Shown one piece after another: positions 57,820 to 64,000 of a DNA stretch of 64,000 bases (position 1 is the first letter of the stretch; each line of letters opens with the position of its first letter). Source of the stretch: a virus. The notes beneath the pieces were generated by a model. That model was not told where the DNA came from. It was given only the letters and a program-made list of their open reading frames with translations, and did not search any database. The stretch is taken from positions 9,488 to 73,487 of the IMG/VR virus record IMGVR_UViG_3300018432_000014; one strand, written 5' to 3'. The position numbers were made by a program, and so were the translations under genes.

Positions 57820-59094
57820 ATGTCGATGCTAGTCAGACTCAAGCCGATCAACGAGCGCAAGGGCTTCGTGGTCCGAACCTACATGGTCGAGGGCGCTCGA
57901 TTTTACGTCGACCGCGGTTGGTACGAGGTCGACGACTCGTTGGCCGACAAGCTCTCGAACCTGCATCAGAACTATGACGATCCCGACAGCCCGCCGTTGT
58001 TCGACGTGCTGTCGCGCTCGGCTGCAGAAGCTCTAGAGCAGCAAGAGATCGATCGCGAAGCGAATGCACGTGCGTCTGCGAGTCGACCGGCTACCCCTGC
58101 AGGCTCGCGGCGAGTCTCGACGCCGGGCCGTGCTCGTACGGGTCGAGCAGAAGGCGAGGGCGACTTGACCTCGGCAGACGTCACGGGTCGGCGCCCACTG
58201 CTTGACCCGGATCCCGACGGCGAAGAGCTGGTCAACGAGAACGACGAAGGTCGAGCGGAGCGCTACTACCACGGCCCGCGGAACAACCCGTCGCACAAGA
58301 ACAAGCATCAGCACGAAGACGACGGCACCGAGAGCGCGCCCGACTACGACGGCACCGACGCGGGCGCTGACAGCGGGCCCGACAACACGTTGAGCAGCGG
58401 GAACTTTCTCGCTCGCGACGAGCCGAAGAGCGACGACGAGCGCAACACGCGCGAGCGCGTTGCGGACATCGCTCGCGTCAAGTCGGTTGCCGACAAGACC
58501 CGAGCGCTCGCGAAGATTCATCGGCGCGACACGGCCGAGGATCGACACGAGCACGATCGCGAGGTCGACTCTGAACAAGCGAGCCGGCACGACAAGGATC
58601 CGGCCGAGATGTACGCGCGCACCAAGACGCTCGAGGTCACTCAGTACGACGACGTCGAGAAGCCTTCGACGCATGTGTTGCAGGGGCGAGGCGATCGGCA
58701 CGAGGAGCACAAAGAGCGTGCGCGCGATCAGCAGTTGGCTCAGGACAAGACACAGGTCGGGCGCAACAAGCCCGATACCACGCACCACACCGACGAGACG
58801 CGCGAAGAGCTTGCGGCGCGCAAGCGTATCGAGCACGACCGCACGATCAACGACCGCACTCGTGCTGCAGCTCGACCGGATGACAAGGCCGTAGTCGAGA
58901 ACGCGAATCGCACGCATGCCACTCGCACGAAGGGCGAGCACGCGACTCGAGTGAAGGGCGAGCAACTCTCTGCGAAGGACGCTCCGCAACACAGCGCGTC
59001 CGAGAAGACGAAGGCCGAGGTGTCCGAGCGCAACCGCGCAGAGAACGCGGCTCACACGACCGAGAGCGGGCGCCAGACTCGGCGCAAGCACTGA
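57820..59094 (+). CDS. Head-associated protein with long charged disordered extension
   Basis: Folded N-terminal about 80 aa, then an H/R/D/E/T-rich region. Confidence 0.7.
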   Translation: MSMLVRLKPINERKGFVVRTYMVEGARFYVDRGWYEVDDSLADKLSNLHQNYDDPDSPPLFDVLSRSAAEALEQQEIDREANARASASRPATPAGSRRVSTPGRARTGRAEGEGDLTSADVTGRRPLLDPDPDGEELVNENDEGRAERYYHGPRNNPSHKNKHQHEDDGTESAPDYDGTDAGADSGPDNTLSSGNFLARDEPKSDDERNTRERVADIARVKSVADKTRALAKIHRRDTAEDRHEHDREVDSEQASRHDKDPAEMYARTKTLEVTQYDDVEKPSTHVLQGRGDRHEEHKERARDQQLAQDKTQVGRNKPDTTHHTDETREELAARKRIEHDRTINDRTRAAARPDDKAVVENANRTHATRTKGEHATRVKGEQLSAKDAPQHSASEKTKAEVSERNRAENAAHTTESGRQTRRKH

Positions 59095-59163
59095 GACTGC
59101 ACCCCGATCGCGGGGTTGTTCCGAGCGGGCAAACTTACTCGCTCGAGAGAAGGATGAATCGCA

Positions 59164-59829
59164 GTGCCGAGCCTCTACGCGACTGTTGCGCAGCTTCGCG
59201 ACGAGGGCGTTGCAGAAGAGATGCCCGATGCACGGTTGATCGAAAAGATCGGCCGTGCATCGCGTCAGATCGATCGGTGGTGTGGATGGTGGTTCTGGCC
59301 GAAGCCGATGGATATCGTGCTTGACGGCTCTGGCTCGCACATCCTGCAGCTCGGGGTTCCGATCTGTGAGCTGACGAGCATGGTGATCGACGGCGAGATT
59401 ACGCCTCTCACCGAGGTGCGCGTGTACAACCGGCATCTCACGCAAGACCTGTCCAACCCGGACGATCGGAACAACCCCAAGCTCGTTTGGGATGGACGGT
59501 TCCCGCGGGGCACGGTCAACACTCGTCTGATCGGATACTTCGGCTACACCGATTTCAGCGAGACCGATCCGCTTGGCGAGACGCCGGTTCTGATCGCTCA
59601 GGCTTGCGCCATGATGGTGATCGCAGACCTCGCAGTGCTCGGTGATGCCGATGCTCGAGACGAGGCACGCAACCGCGGCCGAGTGACGGGGCTGCGAACG
59701 CGAGACCAAGAGATCTCGTATGCCGATCCGGCGCGCGACTCACGCGGTGTCGGCGTGTGGACGGGCGACAGCACGATCGACAGCATCATTGCCTCGTATC
59801 GCAGGCCGCCGACGCTCGGTGCCGTCTGA
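59164..59829 (+). CDS. Head-tail adaptor
   Basis: YATV..LR.EG, AS..ID..CG..F, G..G.T....G.TP..I..A. Confidence 0.8.
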   Translation: MPSLYATVAQLRDEGVAEEMPDARLIEKIGRASRQIDRWCGWWFWPKPMDIVLDGSGSHILQLGVPICELTSMVIDGEITPLTEVRVYNRHLTQDLSNPDDRNNPKLVWDGRFPRGTVNTRLIGYFGYTDFSETDPLGETPVLIAQACAMMVIADLAVLGDADARDEARNRGRVTGLRTRDQEISYADPARDSRGVGVWTGDSTIDSIIASYRRPPTLGAV

Positions 59830-60031
59830 TGGGCACCCGCATTGTTTTTACGTGTGAGCGCTGCTCCTGTGAACAGACGTTGGCAGACCCTCACGTGCCG
59901 GGCGAACGGTATCGAGTGTCCGTCGTCGACGAAGGCGCACCGGTCTTGCGCGGGATCAGAACGACCACCATTGAGATTTGCGCGCGATGCGAGACAGCGC
60001 TCCGCGTGTGGCTTACTCGAAGAGGATCGCC

Positions 60032-60568
60032 ATGCCTAGAGGCCGGCTGATCTTCCCGTTCATCGTCGAGCTAGGTTTGCTCGACACCGCTGCGACCGCT
60101 GCGGATCCCGACGGCGCGGGCCCGCAGACCTCGGGCTACGACGACGAGTTTCGCGAGCCGGTGATGCTGCCGCCGACAGCGGGCGGCAGTGCGCGCGGCA
60201 CGATCCATCGAGTCGAGACGACGGTCCGTTTCAAGGCGCAGATCGAAGACGACACGGCCGATGCGCTGCAGATGGCAGCCGCGGGCAACAGCCCGACGAG
60301 CACGATGGGTCTCGTGTTCCATTTCAGCGACCTCGAGAAGGTCGGCGCGGTGTCGATGCTCACGGGCAAGCCGTCGATCAAGGCGCCGGGCGCGCGACTG
60401 ATCGCGATCTACAACCCTCGTAGCGGGCAGCTCATCGAACGATTCGACGAAGAGCCCGGGCTCTTCGCGACTCAGGCAAAGAGCCTAGGCTTTGGCCTCG
60501 GGCCCGATCGAAATCTGTTGCTCGTGATCTTCCAAGAACGCTCCGTCAGCGCTCAGGCGACGAGCTAA
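60032..60568 (+). CDS. Head closure / neck protein
   Basis: RGRLIFPF, GYDDEFREP; position after the adaptor. Confidence 0.65.
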   Translation: MPRGRLIFPFIVELGLLDTAATAADPDGAGPQTSGYDDEFREPVMLPPTAGGSARGTIHRVETTVRFKAQIEDDTADALQMAAAGNSPTSTMGLVFHFSDLEKVGAVSMLTGKPSIKAPGARLIAIYNPRSGQLIERFDEEPGLFATQAKSLGFGLGPDRNLLLVIFQERSVSAQATS

Positions 60569-60569
60569 T

Positions 60570-61244
60570 GTGTTCAAGGTTCAGCTCACCGGCGATTGGT
60601 CGAAGGCCAAAGGCATCTTAGGCGACTCGACGAGCCTCAAAGCCGCGATCAATTACGCGGTGATGCAAGAGGCGCAGCAAGTCAGACGCCAGATCGTCAA
60701 GGGCATCACGTCGCAGGCGCCGGGCGGTAAACAGTTCGCTCCGCTCGCAGCGACGACGCTTGCGCTACGCAAAGCGAAAGGTTTCAAGGGCAGTAAGGCG
60801 CTGCTCGTGACAGGTGGTCTGCGCAACTCGGTTACGGTCAAGCAAACCGCGACCGGGCGAGTGTTCGTCGGCGTGCTGAGAAACGCGCGCGGCAAGGACG
60901 GCAAGTCGCTCGTGAACATCGCTCAGGTGCACGAGTTCGGCGCGACGATCGTGATCAAGGTCACGCCCCGCATGCGCAGGATGCTTATGGCCAACCTTGC
61001 GAAGAGCAAGCTCGGCAAGACGAAAGAGAGCGGCGGTCGCGGCCCGGGCGGGCGTTTCAAGAAGTGGAAATTCAAGGCGAGCGGCGGCGGGCAGTTGAGC
61101 AAGGGGATCCTCGTGATCAAGATTCCGGCGCGACCGTTTATCGGGCCGGTGATCGATCAAGTGCTCTCGGATCCGAAAGCGTTGCAGCGACGACTCGCAG
61201 TGCGCATCGCCAAGAAGCTCCGACTCGCTCTCGGTTCGGCGTAG
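60570..61244 (+). CDS. Virion morphogenesis / neck protein
   Basis: APL...T...R, L..TG.LRNS, A.VHEFG, IPARPF. Confidence 0.8.
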   Translation: MFKVQLTGDWSKAKGILGDSTSLKAAINYAVMQEAQQVRRQIVKGITSQAPGGKQFAPLAATTLALRKAKGFKGSKALLVTGGLRNSVTVKQTATGRVFVGVLRNARGKDGKSLVNIAQVHEFGATIVIKVTPRMRRMLMANLAKSKLGKTKESGGRGPGGRFKKWKFKASGGGQLSKGILVIKIPARPFIGPVIDQVLSDPKALQRRLAVRIAKKLRLALGSA

Positions 61245-61253
61245 GCTTCGCGG

Positions 61254-62231
61254 GTGAGCATCCCGACGATCACAAGCGTGAGCCCGGCTCGAGGCCACAC
61301 AGGCGGGCTCGGACTCGTCGAGGTACTTGGTACCGGCTTCAAAACGTGGGCTATCCCGGCGCCGACAGGAGCGCCTAGCGGGCCTGTCTGGCCGACCGTT
61401 GAGGTGTTGTTCGGTGGCAGGCGCGGATCGAATGTCGCGGTGGTCTCGTCGACGCGATTGTTTGTGCGCGCGCCGCCGTCGCCTCTCGCAGTGACAGGCC
61501 CGCGCTACGGCGAAGGGCCGGTCGACGTGACGGTCCGGAACATCAACGAGGACGGCTCGGTGGTGACGGCCGAGACGGCGACGCTCGCGGATGCGTACAC
61601 CTACGAGCGACCGCAGCTCGGGCACATGAGCGATCTCGGTCGCTTGGTACGAGAGCTGATCCGCGCCTTGCGCTCGCAGACGTTAGCGAACGTTTCGATC
61701 TCGACTCATACCGATTGGGATGGCGACGTTTCGGACCTCGAGAACATCGTCGAGGTCGCAGCGTTGCCGGCAGTGGTGCTCTTCGGCCCGCGGTTGATCG
61801 AGAACAAGTTCTTTACCCAACACGGCACGTTGACGGCTGCAGCCCCGGGCGGCGGATACGCGGAGAGGCCCGCGCCGCAGACCGACGATCTCGTGTTCAT
61901 GCTCGTCGGCGTGAGCAACCAAAAGCTCGAGGCATTCGCGCTGCAGTCGGCCGTTCGGCAGTTCTTCAAAAAGAACCCATGGCTGTACCTCGAGCGCGAT
62001 CCAGAGCAGCCGGATCTCGGCTTCGTCAAGTACGACATGGTCCTAGATCCCGCGGGCATCGGCTTCGATCCGGCCTCGGACCAGAAGTCGAACCTCAGAT
62101 CCTTTTCCGGTAGCTTCGTCGTGCGCGGCTTCGATCACGAAGACCTAGCGGGCTTCCCGGGGGACGATGTGATTGCTCGAGGCGCGATAGTCACCGAGTC
62201 ACCGGAGATCACGACCGTCAAAAAGGGTTGA
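61254..62231 (+). CDS. IPT/TIG domain plus probable tail terminator
   Basis: PTITSVSP..G.T.G...V...GTGF; position before the sheath. Confidence 0.65.
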   Translation: MSIPTITSVSPARGHTGGLGLVEVLGTGFKTWAIPAPTGAPSGPVWPTVEVLFGGRRGSNVAVVSSTRLFVRAPPSPLAVTGPRYGEGPVDVTVRNINEDGSVVTAETATLADAYTYERPQLGHMSDLGRLVRELIRALRSQTLANVSISTHTDWDGDVSDLENIVEVAALPAVVLFGPRLIENKFFTQHGTLTAAAPGGGYAERPAPQTDDLVFMLVGVSNQKLEAFALQSAVRQFFKKNPWLYLERDPEQPDLGFVKYDMVLDPAGIGFDPASDQKSNLRSFSGSFVVRGFDHEDLAGFPGDDVIARGAIVTESPEITTVKKG

Positions 62232-62232
62232 A

Positions 62233-62523
62233 ATGGCATCCACGCTCAAGAACGAATCACGGCAAGCGGTGGTGCTGATCCTGGATCACCCCGCCTTTCT
62301 GACGAAGGCTCACGGCTGGCGTCGCACGACCGAAAAGTTTGCGTCGCAGAACGCGGCCGGTGTGCAGTCCGTCGTCGAGAAACGCCGATCCTATCCGGGC
62401 TCACTCACGCTGCAGCCGGGCGAGCAAGTGACCGATCTCGACGACGCGATCGCCGAGTGTTCGCAAGTGCCGGCGCTCGTCGCTGCAAGAGTTCTCTCGA
62501 TTCGCACGGAGGCTAGCCGATGA
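62233..62523 (+). CDS. Hypothetical tail-module protein
   Basis: 96 aa; ATGA-coupled to the sheath. Confidence 0.65.
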   Translation: MASTLKNESRQAVVLILDHPAFLTKAHGWRRTTEKFASQNAAGVQSVVEKRRSYPGSLTLQPGEQVTDLDDAIAECSQVPALVAARVLSIRTEASR

Positions 62524-64000
62524 GCGCGCAGTTACTCAGCTCGAAGATCGTGATCCAAGAAGAGCCGCCCTCGCTACGCACGATCCCGAACGTTGCGAGC
62601 GGTGTGCTCGCGATGACGGGGATCGCGGCGAAAGGCCCGGTCGGTGTCTCGACGCTCGTGACGTCGTTCGAAGAGTTCGTCCGCGTGTTCGGCGGCGACA
62701 TCGCGAGCGGCATCGCAACGAGCGCGGCGCGCGGCTATTTCACGGGCGGCGGGCGGCGGATGTACTTCACTCGCGTCGTGCATTACGCCGACATCACGAT
62801 CCCGACCTCGCAGACGAGCGCGCCGGGAACACTTGCACTCGCGACCGCGGCGGCGGCGCCGACGAGCGGTCGGCTCACCGGAACGATCGTTGGGCCGTAC
62901 TCGCTCACGGATGGCGACACGTTGCTGATCTCGGTCGATGGCGCTCCGGCAGTCTCGGTTGTCATCGAGGCGGCCGACGTGGACGACATCGAGGCGGTGA
63001 CGGCTGCGGAGATCAAGACAATCATCGAGGCGGCAGTCAACGGCGTACTCGTGACCGAGGTCGCGGGCGTGCTGCAGATCGCCTCGGCGACTACGGGCCC
63101 CTCGAGCGCCATACAGGTCACGGCGGTGTCGACGGCAGATGACGAGCTAGGTCTCGACAACGTGGCACACGCGGGCAGCTCGGGCGCTGCAGTGCCGACG
63201 TTGACCATCGATGCGAAGTACGACGGGATCTACTCCAACGATCTGACTGTGCTAATCACGTCAGCGACGTCGGGCAACGCGAGCGAATTCAATCTGAGCG
63301 TGCTCGACGGCGGCTACGTCGTCGCGAAGTACCCGAATCTCACGATGGTCGATTGGGCGCCTCGCTACGTCGAGACGGTGATCAACGCGACCGACGGATC
63401 GGGATCGGAACACATCCAGGTCACGGTGATCGGCGCCTCGGCCGATGCGCTTGCTGAACGACCGAGCAACAGCCCCGGCAGCCCGCCTGTCGCGTTCGGT
63501 CCGCTCGTCGGCGGCGATGACGGGCTCGTCGGTCTCACCGATGTCGATTTCGTCGGCGACGCCTCGAGCCATCTCGGATTTTCGTCGTTCAACCTCAACG
63601 CAGACGTCGACATTCTCATCTGCCCGGACCGAGCGACGCCGGCAGTGCACAACGCGGGTCTCTCGTATGCGAGCGTGACTCGCAATCAAGAGGTGTTCTT
63701 CATCGTCGACCCGCCTGCAGGCCTGAGCCCCGCTGGGATCATCGCGTACGTCGAGGCCACGGCCTCAATCAAAGAGTTGACCGAGGCAGGCGCGGTGTAT
63801 TGGCCTCGTGTGAAAGTGCTCAATCCGAACAAGTCGGTGTTCGGTTCGAGCGACACGATCATTGTTCCGCCGTCTGGGCATCTCGCAGGCATGTTCGCTC
63901 GCGTCGACAGCGCTCGCGTCGGCGGCATCTACGATCCTCCGGGCGGTGTCGAGCGAGGCACGTTGCCGGGCGTGCTCGGATTCGAAAACGATCAGGTGAT
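62520..64000 (+). CDS. Contractile tail sheath protein (partial, runs off the window)
   Basis: SKIVI.EEP, G...KGPVG...VTSF.EF..VFG, YF..GG, GG.DG, D.P, VYWP.VKV, VPPSG..AG..AR.D. Confidence 0.9.
   Translation, partial: MSAQLLSSKIVIQEEPPSLRTIPNVASGVLAMTGIAAKGPVGVSTLVTSFEEFVRVFGGDIASGIATSAARGYFTGGGRRMYFTRVVHYADITIPTSQTSAPGTLALATAAAAPTSGRLTGTIVGPYSLTDGDTLLISVDGAPAVSVVIEAADVDDIEAVTAAEIKTIIEAAVNGVLVTEVAGVLQIASATTGPSSAIQVTAVSTADDELGLDNVAHAGSSGAAVPTLTIDAKYDGIYSNDLTVLITSATSGNASEFNLSVLDGGYVVAKYPNLTMVDWAPRYVETVINATDGSGSEHIQVTVIGASADALAERPSNSPGSPPVAFGPLVGGDDGLVGLTDVDFVGDASSHLGFSSFNLNADVDILICPDRATPAVHNAGLSYASVTRNQEVFFIVDPPAGLSPAGIIAYVEATASIKELTEAGAVYWPRVKVLNPNKSVFGSSDTIIVPPSGHLAGMFARVDSARVGGIYDPPGGVERGTLPGVLGFENDQV

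Noticed and set aside
58033-59709. 558-aa minus-strand ORF and similar long antisense ORFs (50064-51356, 57000-57860, 26383-27249)
   Set aside because: Shadow frames of GC-rich genes with no recognisable motifs.
1-64000. Retron, DGR or group II intron
   Set aside because: No reverse transcriptase motifs and no template/variable repeat pair were seen.

Overview
This GC-rich window is a slice of a large temperate, contractile-tailed (myovirus-type) phage genome in its excised form. An intact attP, identical in form to the 3' half of a tRNA-Ala(GGC), lies at about 35.0 kb between phage genes. Protein families point to a Myxococcota host (inference). Left to right it holds: SbcD/SbcC, a RuvC-like resolvase and a DNA methyltransferase; about 25 small coupled ORFs; a probable TerS, a serine recombinase and TerL; more small ORFs; an accessory region of small genes that each carry their own promoter (21.3-27.6 kb, 37.5-42.7 kb); integrase, attP and an XRE repressor; an amidoligase-GGCT-GGCT operon; an ATP-dependent ligase; stand-alone sigma region 4 and Fis-type HTH proteins; a ParB-MTase; then the morphogenesis module (intein-containing portal, MuF with an ADP-ribosyltransferase-like tail, XkdF-type protease, scaffold, capsid, neck, tail sheath running off the window). 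The most striking signal is cis-acting. (i) 17 copies of a 39-bp promoter/operator, TGAAATACCGCTAGCGCTTTTCAAGACCTGAGCTAGAGT, most followed 6 nt later by the start codon of a small leaderless gene, forming a cassette array. (ii) GC-rich spacers built from a strand-polar CCCGCGCCG(CTCGAG) unit. (iii) A second operator, GTCCCG-N4-CGGGAC, built into sigma70-type leaderless promoters. (iv) Eight dispersed copies of the 20-bp palindrome GTGTGGCCCCGGGGCCACAC. All calls come from reading motifs by eye; no database searches were run.
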